DNA of 64,000 nucleotides from Desulfatiglandales bacterium (lineage in GTDB: Bacteria > Desulfobacterota > DSM-4660 > Desulfatiglandales > Desulfatiglandaceae). The DNA lies in contig OY759599.1 of NCBI GenBank assembly GCA_963662465.1, forward strand, positions 4,640,001 through 4,704,000. The letters are read 5' to 3'. Below, one piece after another: positions 50,457 to 60,462 of this stretch (the first letter of the stretch is position 1; every line of letters starts with the position of its first letter). The notes under the pieces were generated by a model, which saw only the letters and a program-made list of their open reading frames with translations, searched no databases and was not told the origin of the DNA. A program made the position numbers and the translations under genes.

Positions 50457-52349
50457 TCATTCCAACACCTCCCCCACCGCCGCCAGCAATTTCTCCGGCG
50501 AAAAAGGCTTCTCCAGAAAGTTGACCCCCGCATTCAGAATCCCGTGGTCTGCAATCACGTTGTCCGTGTAGCCCGACATGAACAGGACCCGAATTTCCGG
50601 GCGCAGGGCCGTCACCCGGTCCGCCAGCTCCCGGCCGGTCATTTTCGGCATGATCACATCGGTCAACAGCAGGTGGATCGCCCCCTCATGGGCCTCACAG
50701 ATGCCGAGGGCCGCCTCGCCGTCTTCGGCTTCCAGGACCCAGCGCCCGGATTGCTCAAGCGCCAGTTTCACCACCTTTCGAACGGCATTTTCATCTTCCG
50801 CCAGCAGAATGGTCTTTCCCGCGGATGATGCCCCCCCGGCAAAAGGCTTTTCCTCTCGGACCGGGGTCGCCTTTCCGTCCACCCGGGGCAGGTAGATCTT
50901 GAAGGTCGTCCCCGCATCCGGTTCGCTGTAGACCCAGATAACGCCCCCGCTCTGTTTGATGATGCCATAGACCGTGCTTAACCCCAAACCCGTCCCCTTC
51001 CCCTTTTCCTTGGTGGTGAAAAAAGGCTCGAAGATGTGGGAACGGGTCTCTTCGTCCATGCCCATGCCCGTATCGCTCACGGCGAGCATCACGTAGGGAC
51101 CGGGCGGAATGTTTTTCCCGCGCTCCTGAACGTAGGTCCCATCCAGGTCTACGTCGGCCGTCTCAAAGGTCAGCGCTCCGCCTTTGGGCATGGCGTCCCT
51201 GGCGTTTATGGCCAGGTTCATGAGAACCTGTTCCATCCGGACCGGGTCCACCCGCACCCTGCCCAGGTCGGGCGCAAGCGCCTGTCTCAGCCTCACATCT
51301 TCCCCGATCATTCCTCCCAGCATCTTTACCAGTCGGGCGACTACCCCGTTGAGAACCAGGACTTTGGGTTGCAGGGCCTGTTTTCTGCTGAAGACCAGCA
51401 GGCTTCCCGTGAGGGCCGAGGCCGATTCGGCCGCCTGTTTGATCTCGGAAAGATATTCCCGCAAGGGGTCTTTTTCGGGAAGTTTCATGAGCGCCATCTG
51501 GGCATACCCCAAAATGGGGGTCAGGAAGTTATTGAAGTCATGGGCCACACCGCCGGCCAGTCGCCCCACGGCTTCCATCTTCTGAGACTGAAAGGCCTGT
51601 TCCCGCATGGCCTTCAACTCGGCCGTCCGCTCTTCCAGATTCCGAATCATTCCGTCAAATCCCCGGGAGAGTTCCCCGATTTCATCACGGGCTTCGGTGG
51701 CCACATGGTAATCCAGATTCCCCGATCCAACGATTTCGGCCCCTTTGCGCAGCCGCTCGATGGGTTTTGAGATGGACCGGGAAAGAAAGAACACCAAAAG
51801 AAAGACGCCGATGATGAGGATGAGGGATGCCTGCACAATCCTGTCTCTCAACCGGAATACGGGTTTTAACACCTCGTTTTCGTCATGCCCCACCATGAGA
51901 ATCCAGGCGATATCCTTCCCCGGTCCGTAATGGTTCGTGCGAACATAGGAAAACAGCTTTTTCCGGTTTCCTTCCGTTGCCACAAAAACGCCGGCAAACC
52001 GTCCGTGCCCGCGGTGGCGTTCCCAGAACTCAAAAAACTCCTTTTTTATCTGACGGCTCAACACCGGGTAAGTTTCCCTTTGCACATCAGGGGTCTTTTC
52101 TCCGTTCGACTGGAAAAGACATTCCTTGAAAAACATTCCCTCCGCGAACAATTGAAGCTGCTCAGCGGCGTTTTTCGTATTGGCCTCGATTCTTCGGAGC
52201 ATTTCCCTTGCCAGAAAGATGGAAGTGCGACCCACCGATTTCCGCAGGGAGGTTTCGCTGACACTGACGGCATAAGCGGCCAGGGCCGCCATTACCACGA
52301 CCACCAGGAGACAGCCTGCCGTCAGTTTTCGGCCGATGGTGATTTTCAT
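50457..52349 (-). CDS. Hybrid kinase (internally shortened Cache, HAMP, HisKA, HATPase, REC)
   Basis: GRLAGGVAHDFNN; NLAINARDAMP; sensor much shorter than paralog 13105-15423, junction ~51970. Confidence 0.88.
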   Translation of the reverse strand: MKITIGRKLTAGCLLVVVVMAALAAYAVSVSETSLRKSVGRTSIFLAREMLRRIEANTKNAAEQLQLFAEGMFFKECLFQSNGEKTPDVQRETYPVLSRQIKKEFFEFWERHRGHGRFAGVFVATEGNRKKLFSYVRTNHYGPGKDIAWILMVGHDENEVLKPVFRLRDRIVQASLILIIGVFLLVFFLSRSISKPIERLRKGAEIVGSGNLDYHVATEARDEIGELSRGFDGMIRNLEERTAELKAMREQAFQSQKMEAVGRLAGGVAHDFNNFLTPILGYAQMALMKLPEKDPLREYLSEIKQAAESASALTGSLLVFSRKQALQPKVLVLNGVVARLVKMLGGMIGEDVRLRQALAPDLGRVRVDPVRMEQVLMNLAINARDAMPKGGALTFETADVDLDGTYVQERGKNIPPGPYVMLAVSDTGMGMDEETRSHIFEPFFTTKEKGKGTGLGLSTVYGIIKQSGGVIWVYSEPDAGTTFKIYLPRVDGKATPVREEKPFAGGASSAGKTILLAEDENAVRKVVKLALEQSGRWVLEAEDGEAALGICEAHEGAIHLLLTDVIMPKMTGRELADRVTALRPEIRVLFMSGYTDNVIADHGILNAGVNFLEKPFSPEKLLAAVGEVLE

Positions 52350-52423
52350 TCCATAACCCCCTGACCCGATCACATAAAACTTAAACCCTAAAACTTAAGA
52401 CTTAAAACCGCGGCCATGCCGCC

Positions 52424-53524
52424 CTAGTATCGATACCGCACCTTCCCATCCACCAGTTGCGCGGGATAGAGGGGAAAGTAAATATCGTGTTCCCCCGGCT
52501 TGAGAACGATTTCTCCAAAAATACCCGGATAGACAAACCCTTTCTCCAGAAGGCTTTTCACATTCCCCCGAGAGATTTCCCGTCCCTCCAGCAGACTGGT
52601 CAGAAGTTTCACGAAATCGTAACCACTGGCCACCTGATGGCAGAACGGTTTGCCGTAGGCCCCCTCGTATTTTTCCTTGGCCCGTTTGGCAAAAAGGTTG
52701 TTGGGGTTGTAGATGACGGCTGCCGCCGAATAGACGCCCTCCGCCGCCGGGGTCGACATGAGATTGACCGTCCCCGAAGATCCCAGCACGACCCCCTCGT
52801 GTTTTTTCTCTTTCAATGTCTCAAAAATCTTTTTGAGATGGCTGGGATAGCCCACGGCATAGATGGCTTCCACATCCTCGAGGTTTTCAATTTGTTCATT
52901 CACGGAACCGATTTTCCGTTCAAAAGAGGCGCTTTTGACCGTACCGCCGGTCTTCTGAAACCCCTCTCTCAGCCGCTCAAAAACCGGAACGCCGTATGGA
53001 TCATTCAAATACAGGATTCCCAGGTTCCTGACGCCTTGTTCCTTCAGGTGAAAGAGGATGGGCGCCACCTCGTATTCCGGTGAAGTAAAATACCGAAAGA
53101 CCCATTCCTTCCCTTTTGTGAGATCCGGGCTTGCCGCAACCAGGCCTACAAAGGGCACTCCCCTTTTCTCCGCCAAAGGGGCCAGGGCCATGCAAATGGC
53201 GCTTTGGGTGGAAAAACAGAGGATCGGCTGATGTGCCGATTCCAGCTTGTTGAAGACTTTTACCGCCTCTTCGGGATCGGTCTTACTGTCCTTTACAATC
53301 AATTCAACGTCCCGGCCATTGATGCCCCCTCGTTCGTTGATCTCATCCACGGCCAGGATCAGCGCGTCTCTCACATCCACCATGTGGGAGCCGGGGCCGG
53401 TCAGGGAGATGATGGCGCCGATCTTGATGGATTCCGCCTTTTCAGGCCACAGGAGCAGGGTCAAGGCGCATGCGGCTATAAACACCGCCGCAAGCAGGGT
53501 CCGGATGCGTTTTCGCTTCTTCAT
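52424..53524 (-). CDS. Periplasmic binding protein, paralog of 15458-16561
   Basis: IKIGAIISLTGP...EINERGGINGRDVELIVKDSKTDP; GF.YPGIFGEI. Confidence 0.88.
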   Translation of the reverse strand: MKKRKRIRTLLAAVFIAACALTLLLWPEKAESIKIGAIISLTGPGSHMVDVRDALILAVDEINERGGINGRDVELIVKDSKTDPEEAVKVFNKLESAHQPILCFSTQSAICMALAPLAEKRGVPFVGLVAASPDLTKGKEWVFRYFTSPEYEVAPILFHLKEQGVRNLGILYLNDPYGVPVFERLREGFQKTGGTVKSASFERKIGSVNEQIENLEDVEAIYAVGYPSHLKKIFETLKEKKHEGVVLGSSGTVNLMSTPAAEGVYSAAAVIYNPNNLFAKRAKEKYEGAYGKPFCHQVASGYDFVKLLTSLLEGREISRGNVKSLLEKGFVYPGIFGEIVLKPGEHDIYFPLYPAQLVDGKVRYRY

Positions 53525-53599
53525 GGGTGGTTGCTCCTTGCTCGTTACTTGTTGTTCGTTCTTGCTTGCCGGTCACTATTAACTCTTAACTCTTAACTA

Positions 53600-55882
53600 T
53601 TAACTATTAACTATTAACTTCTCCTCCTCCACGGCCGGAAGGTAGATATTGAAGGTGGTCCCCTTTCCCTCTTCACTGACGGGCCGGATAAACCCGTTGT
53701 TCTGCTTGACAACCCCGTAGACCGTGGACAATCCCAGTCCCGTTCCCTTCCCAATCCCCTTGGTGGTAAAGAAGGGTTCAAAAATGTGGGAGAGGGTTTC
53801 TTCGTCCATTCCCATTCCCGTATCGCTTACAACCAGGATCACATACCGTTTGGGCCGTTGTTCCGCTTCCCGGTCTATGAAAAACGTCGCCAGATCCTTA
53901 TTGGCCGTTTCAAGGGTCAGGGTTCCGCCGGTGGGCATGGCATCCCCGGCATTGACCACCAGGTTCATGACCATCTGGTCCACCTGTCCCGGATCGATTT
54001 TGACCTTCCACAGGTCCGGGTCCAAACGGGTGACCATCCTCACATCATCCCCGATGAGACGTTCCAGCATCTTCAGGGCATCGGTGATCCTGAAATTGAG
54101 GTCCACCACCCTCGGTTGCACGGTCTCCTTGCGGCTGAAGGCCAGAAGCTGCCGGGTCAGGGCAGCCGCCTTGTCCCTGGCCTTCCGAATCTCCTCCATG
54201 TATTCACATAATGGGTTGTCCCTTCCCATTTTCATCTTCACCACATCCGAGAAACCGATGATACTGGTCAGGAGGCTGTTGAAGTCATGGGCCACGCCGC
54301 CCGCCAGTCTCCCCACGGCCTCCATCTTCTGGGACTGCCGGAGCCGCGCTTCCAGCAGCTTCTGCTCGGTAACGTCGCGCATGACGGCAACAATCTGGGT
54401 CACCCCTCCATCATCGCGTATGGGAAAATAGTTGACCTCCAGGTCCCTGACGCCCATTTCCGGATATTCCCGTTGCATCTCAAAGCTCACATCCTCGCCC
54501 TTGAAACACGCATCCAGATGGGACCTGACCGTATGTTCAAAGACCTCCCGGCCCAGCACCTCTTCCACCGAACGTCCAATAATCAACTCTCTTTTGCTTT
54601 TCCATTGCGCCAGAAAGGCATGATTCACCAACTGGTATCGATATTTTCGGTCCACCACGGCGATGAGTTCCCGTGAACTCTCCACGGCCTTCCGGTAACG
54701 GCGCAGGCGGCTCTCGGCCCGATGGCGCATCAGGGTCTCCACAAAACTTATGGAGAGGTCTTCAACGGCCTTTCGATCGGAGGTTGTGTAATGGGTTTTC
54801 TTGTTGGCCAGGGCGATCATGCCGAAGGTCCTGCCGCCCTCTTTTAGCGGCGCCCCCAAGAAGCCTGTTATAGGAGGATGACCCTCGGGAACCCCTGCCG
54901 AATCCGTATGGGAGGATGGATCATGAACCATCATTGACTCCCCTCGTTTCAGGACCCCCGCCCAGATTCCTCGCAACGCCATATTTATAATCGATTTTGC
55001 GGCCTTCGACCCCGGCATTTTGCAGGCATCCCATCCGGGGTTGCTGATGGCCATGGTATCAAAAAGACCCCTCTCGTTGATTTCCCCCACGAAACCGAAT
55101 GCGCTCCCAGTCAATTACTCCGCCTCGCCTAAAAAGGTCCGGCCGATTTCTTCTTCATTTTCCGCCTTCAGGCCGCTCTTAAAAATGGTGGTCATGCCCT
55201 TGAAAACCAGCGTCTGCCGGTTGGCCTTATGGACATCCCGGGTCCGTTCCCAAACGCGCTTTTGAAGCGCGGTGTTGCTCCTTTCCAGTTGCTCCAGAAG
55301 ATCTTGGTTCTCCAGGCGCAGCCGCCGCCGCTCCAATGCCTGGGAAACACTCACCAGGAGTTCATCCATATCCTCCAGGGGTTTGATCAGGTAATCGAAA
55401 GCCCCGTCGTTTCTGAGGGTCTCGACGGCATTGCGGATAGCGGCAAAACCGGTGAGGATGATGACCTCCGCATCCGGGTCCAGTTCCTTGACCCGCTTCA
55501 ACACCGCCACCCCGTCCACATCCGGCATGCGGATATCCGTGATCACCAGGTCAAAGGGTTCGCCTCTGAACCGGTCCACCGCCTCCCCGCCCCCCCCACG
55601 GTGAATTTGTTCTAACGCTAATCCATTGATTTGTTTGAATTGATGTGTCCTTCATAAGGTTTTGATATCAAAGGTTTACAAATAGAACAAATTTGCCCTG
55701 CCGCCCCCCCCGACGCACACGACATTGTAGCCTTCCCCGGTCAGGACCTTTTCGAGGGTCATGAGGATATCCGGTTCGTCATCCACTATGAGAATACGGA
55801 CGAAGTTTGAAGTTCGAAGGGCGATTGTCGAACCGGGTTCAGGGGACGACGGATGTCTTGGTGAACCATTACTGTTTTTCAC
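53600..55882 (-). pseudogene. REC-GAF-PAS-HisKA-HATPase kinase disrupted by a MITE and an in-frame TAA
   Basis: Removing 55597-55710 restores VCVGGGGEAVDRF; TAA at 55115-55117 is in frame with both halves. Confidence 0.88.
55597..55700. mobile_element. 104-bp MITE, 18-bp imperfect TIRs, 10-bp TSD
   Basis: CACGGTGAATTTGTTCTA / TAGAACAAATTTGCCCTG; TSD CCGCCCCCCC at 55587-55596 and 55701-55710. Confidence 0.88.
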
Positions 55883-55934
55883 TTTTCATTTTCTCCTTTG
55901 CGGTTCATCCTTCGTCAATCGCCCTTCGAACTTC
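55809..55934. repeat. 24-bp inverted repeat spanning a gene junction
   Basis: GAAGTTCGAAGGGCGATTGTCGAA vs TTCGTCAATCGCCCTTCGAACTTC (23/24). Confidence 0.85.
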
Positions 55935-57980
55935 CCAACACTTCCCGCACCCGATCCAGCAGCATCTCCGGCGAAAAGGGTTTCTCCAGGAAATTGACGT
56001 CCGCATCCAGAATTCCGTGGTGCGCGATCACATTATCCGTGTAGCCGGACATGAACAGAACCTTGATTTCCGGCCGCAGGGCCCTCACCCGGTCCGCCAC
56101 CTCCCGGCCGTTCATTCCCGGCATGATCACGTCGGTGATCAGCAGGTGAATCTCTTCCGCATGGGCCTCGCAGATCCGCAGGGCCGCTTCTCCTTCCCCG
56201 GCCTCAAGGACCCTCTGCCCGGATTGTTCAAGGACCAGCCCGGCAACCTTCTCCATGCGGACCGGGTCCATCTTTACCCTGCCCGGTTCGGGCGAGAGAA
56301 CCTTCACCAGCATCACATCCTCTCGAAGGGTCCTTTCCAGTATTTTTGACAATCGTTCCACCACCCCGTTGAGCTCCAGAATCTCGGGTTTGAGGGCCTG
56401 TTTTCGACTGAAGGCCAGAAGCCCCTCCGTAAGGGCCGAGGCCGACTCCCCGGCATGTTTGATCTCAAGGAGATATTCCCGCAGGGGATCATTCCCGGGG
56501 AGTTTCATCAGGGACATCTGGGCATACCCTAAAATGGGGGTGAGCAGGTTGCGGAAATCATGGGCCATGCCGCCGGCCAGGTTGCCCACGGCCTCCATTT
56601 TCTGGGCCTGATGAAGCTGGGCCTCCAGTTTCTTTTCCCGGGTCAGGTCTTCATAGAGCATTAGTTGATCCCCGTTTTGAAGGGTCATGGGGATAAACTG
56701 GATCACCTTTTTTGCGCCATCCCCGCAAACCACCGGAAATGTCCTGGGCCGAGCATCCCCCGGTTGTGCGGTTTCCCGATCCCGCACCCAGGCGACCATG
56801 GCCTCCTTTCGCCGGCCCGCGTCGGGATAGGCCTTTTGAAACCAGGCCCGGCCGGTGGGAATATCCCCCAGGGTATATCCCAACATGCGCACAAAGGTCG
56901 GATTGACGTAGATATACCGACCGTCTTTTCCGATGAGTGAAATTCCCAGGGAGGATTCCTCCACCAGGGCCTGAAATTTCTCTTTTTCCCTCGCCAGGGC
57001 CTCCCTGTCCTCCAGATGGACCATCTCACTGACGATCTGGGAGGCCATGGCCTCCATAATGACCCGGGAGAATTCGGGAATATGATCGAGGGCATGGGAG
57101 GCCATATTCAGGGACCCAATCACCCGTTCTCCGCGAATCAGGGGGAGGACGGCCATGGCCTTGAGCCCTTCCCGCTTTTCAACCGCCCCCAGGGGGAGTC
57201 CCAGCCGGTGGTACACTCCAAAAAAAGGCTTGCCGGACATGACCATGCGGGCCGCGGGCACATCCATGGGGTAATGGGAAACGCTCTCCACGAAGGGCGC
57301 GGAAATCCCCTTGTGAAAAATGAGGTTCAGAGTGCCTGATTTACGGTCAAGACGGTAGATGCCGCCCGCGTCCATGCCCGATGCCGTGATGGCCGCTTCA
57401 AGGCACAGATCCAGGCCCTGGGAAAGGGTCTCGGCATCGTTCAGGGCCAGACCCAGGTCCCGCTGGACCCGCATGACCGACTCGGCGCGCCGTCGCTCTT
57501 CCATCTCCCGCCGCAACTGTTCGTTGGCCACCCGGAGAGAATCGGTTCTTTCCAGCACCATGGTTTCAAGGCGCAGGCGGTAATCCTCCAGTTCCCGGAC
57601 CGCCTGTCGCTTCTCCATCACATTCCGGATGCTTCCGGCCAGGAGCTCGGCCGAGAGTTCATCCTTTGCCAGATAGTCGGAAGCCCCCCGCCGCATGGCA
57701 TTGACCGCCAGATCCTGGTCCCGCATGCCCGTGAGAAATATAACCGGCATGGGAACCCGCCCCTCATCCCTGGACAAGATTTCCAGAAATTCCATGCCGT
57801 TGATATCCGGCAGCCGGTAGTCCAGCAGCAGGCAATCCACACCTCCGGATCGGCACAGGGCCAGCCCCTCTTTCCCGGTAAAGGCCCGAAGGACGGCGTC
57901 CGGGTTGAACCCGGCTTCCGCCAGGAGGTCCCCAACAATCTCCTGGTCGTCCGGGTCGTCATCCACCACCAGGAGGGTGG
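55915..57980 (-). pseudogene. REC-GAF-PAS-HisKA-(deleted HATPase)-partial REC kinase
   Basis: MAHDFRN H-box; DPVRME joined to KVAGLVLEQ at ~56251; 5' end merges into heptamer tract with no ATG/RBS. Confidence 0.85.
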
Positions 57981-59155
57981 GATTGGTGATTGTTGATTGT
58001 TGATTGTCGATTGTTGATTGGTGATTGGTGATTGGTGATTGGTGATTGGTGATTGGTGATTGGTGATTGGTGATTGTTGATTGGTGATTGGTGATTGGTG
58101 ATTGGTGATTGAAGAGCCTCTATTTCTCTTTGCGTCTTTGCGTCTTTGCGAGAGATATTTTCATCGCCTATCAACAATCGCCAATCAACAATCCCAGCGG
58201 TGACGCGGATTTCCCCGTGGTCCGGAGTGAATTTCACCGCATTGGACAGGAGATGGTACACCATCTGCCGAATGCTGCGTTTGTTCACCCATACTTCGGT
58301 TCCTTCCAGATTTTCGGAAATATTGAGTGTAAGGCTTATGGCGCGTTTAAAGGCGTTCTCCTTTACCATGTTGAGGCTCTCCTCCAGGAGGTCCCGCACA
58401 TGAACCGCACCCTGTTCCAGCGCCGTCTCCCCGTTTTCCTCCAGGCTGACGAGATCCAGGATGTGGTCAATCATGGTCAGCAGATGCTTTCCGCTTTCCA
58501 GGATGTCCCCCACGTACGCCATCTGCCTGGGGTTGAGTTTACCGAAATACTGTGCCATCAACACTTCTGAAAAGCCGATGACGGCGTTTAAGGGCGTCCG
58601 CAGTTCATGGCTCATGGCGCCGAGGAACTCGCTCTTGGCAAGGCTTGCCGCTTCGGCCTCTTCCTTGGCCCCTACCAGTTCACGGGTACGTTCCAGCACC
58701 TGATGCTCCAGCTCCGTCTTGCCCCGAGCCAATGCTTGACAGAGTTCTTGGTTTTCCCGGCGCAGTTTCCGTTTTTGAAGCGCCTGGGCCACGGTATTTT
58801 CGAGGCGGCTGATATCCTCCAGGGGTTTGGTCAGGTAATCGAAGGCCCGGTCGTCCCGCAAGGCTTCTATGGCGCCTTTCATGTTGCCGAAACCGGTCAG
58901 GATAATCACCTGGATATCTTGATCCATTTCCTTGATCCGCCGCATGAACGAAAGGCCGTCCATGCCCGGCATGCGAACGTCGGTGATGACCAGATCAAAG
59001 GGACGGGACCGCAGCAGCGCCAGCCCTTCCCGTCCGGTGGAAGCGCACTCCATATGGTAATTCGATTCCGCCAGAACCCGCCGAAGGGTCTCCAGGATCT
59101 CCGGCTCGTCATCCACCATCAGAATTCGCTCGTTCATTTCTCTACCTTTCCCCAT
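57959..59155 (-). pseudogene. REC-HisKA kinase truncated inside HATPase at repeat tract
   Basis: [20 protein letters not shown], then repeat-encoded IVDWRL..(QSPITNH)n; G1/G2 boxes absent. Confidence 0.85.
57980..58195. repeat. Longest heptamer element: ~18 x (GTGATTG/TTGATTG), (CTTTGCGT)x3, inverted CAATC arm
   Basis: Read directly. Confidence 0.92.
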
Positions 59156-60368
59156 CCTGATATTTTGCCCGGATGGTCAGGATTTCATCCCTGGCGGCAA
59201 AAAAGGCGTCCACCACCTTCGGGTCGAAATGGCTTCCCCTCCCTTCCCGGATGATCTCAAAGGCTTTTTCCAGGGAAAACGGTTCTTTGTACAGCCGCGT
59301 GGAGGTGAGGGCGTCAAACACGTCCGCAATGGCCGTGATCCGTCCGGCCAGGGGAATTTGTTTCCCCTTGAGCCCTTTGGGATAGCCGGTTCCGTCCCAT
59401 TTTTCATGATGGGTGGCGGCAATAACCTCGGCCAGTTTGATAAACCCTGAATCAGCGCCTTTGAGTATCTGCTGTCCCATCACCGAATGCTGTCTCATCA
59501 ATTTCCATTCAGCCGAATCCAGTTTTCCGGGTTTCATGAGGATTCGATCGGGAATGCCGATCTTTCCCACATCGTGCATGCCGGCCGCATAGAGGATGTT
59601 CTCCACAATCTTTTCATTCAATCCCATTTTCCGGGCAACCGCCTCCGCATAGTTGCTCATGCGCAGAATGTGAGCGGCGGTATTTTCATCCTTATATTCA
59701 GCGGCCCGGGAGAGGCGGTAAATGGTGCCGAGAGAGACTTTCTTGAGCTTTTCAAACGTTTTCCGGAGTTGCTCCGTCCTTTCGGCCACCTCTGCTTCCA
59801 GTTCCTTCTGATAATTCAGCATATGGTCATGATACGCCTTCACCTTCACCGAGGATCGGACCCTGGCCTGCAACTCCGCCATATCCACCGGTTTGCTCAA
59901 GAAATCATCCGCGCCCGCCCGCAAGGCCCTGATCCTCGCCTTTGTCTCCTTGAGGGCGGTCACCATAACCACCGAGATCATTTGGGTGGCGGCATCCTGT
60001 TTCAGTCGCTCAGCCACCTCGAAACCGTCCATTCCGGGCATCATGACATCCAGCAGAATCACATCCGGCGGGTCTTCCCTGGCCGAATCGAGGGCCTTCA
60101 AACCGTTCTCCGCCAGGGTTACCTCATAACCGAGGGGCAGCAACATGGCCTCCATGAGGCGAAGGTTTCGCTCTTCATCATCCACCACCAAAACCCTTGG
60201 ATTGTTGATCCTTGGATTGTCGATTGTTGATTGTTGATTGTTGATTGAAGGCGCCGCTTGGCTTCTTGGGTTCATGGACACACCTCCGGGACCATTATTG
60301 GATTGGTGATTGTTGGATTGGTGATTGGCGATTGAAGGCGCCGCTTGGCTTTTTGGGTTCATGGACAC
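59142..60368 (-). CDS. REC + HD-GYP cyclic di-GMP phosphodiesterase (RpfG-like)
   Basis: HDVGKIG, HHEKWDGTGYP, ADVFDAL; duplicated start region. Confidence 0.94.
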   Translation of the reverse strand: MSMNPKSQAAPSIANHQSNNHQSNNGPGGVSMNPRSQAAPSINNQQSTIDNPRINNPRVLVVDDEERNLRLMEAMLLPLGYEVTLAENGLKALDSAREDPPDVILLDVMMPGMDGFEVAERLKQDAATQMISVVMVTALKETKARIRALRAGADDFLSKPVDMAELQARVRSSVKVKAYHDHMLNYQKELEAEVAERTEQLRKTFEKLKKVSLGTIYRLSRAAEYKDENTAAHILRMSNYAEAVARKMGLNEKIVENILYAAGMHDVGKIGIPDRILMKPGKLDSAEWKLMRQHSVMGQQILKGADSGFIKLAEVIAATHHEKWDGTGYPKGLKGKQIPLAGRITAIADVFDALTSTRLYKEPFSLEKAFEIIREGRGSHFDPKVVDAFFAARDEILTIRAKYQDGER

Positions 60369-60462
60369 ACCTCCATAACAATTGGTATTTCAGCGTTAAG
60401 GGTTGGCTCAATCGACAATCAACAATCAACAATCAACAATCAACAATCGACAATCAACAATC
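60200..60462. repeat. Heptamer tracts with 45-bp direct repeat (87-bp period) and inverted CAATCAA arm
   Basis: 60243-60287 vs 60330-60374 (1 mismatch); (CAATCAA)n at 60409-60462. Confidence 0.9.

Larger units (their letters stand above)
49621..50464. mobile_element. TA cassette bounded by 43-bp direct repeats
   Basis: 49621-49663 vs 50422-50464, 4 mismatches; core GTTGCTGGTCWTTCCGMAATCCGAAATCATTCCA; internal promoter TTGACC-N17-TATCTT at 49670-49698. Confidence 0.75.

Noticed and set aside
26350..50464. Integron cassette array
   Set aside because: No intI, no recognisable attC series, and cassettes lie in both orientations.
57980..58111. CRISPR array
   Set aside because: Contiguous 7-bp units with no unique spacers and no cas genes.
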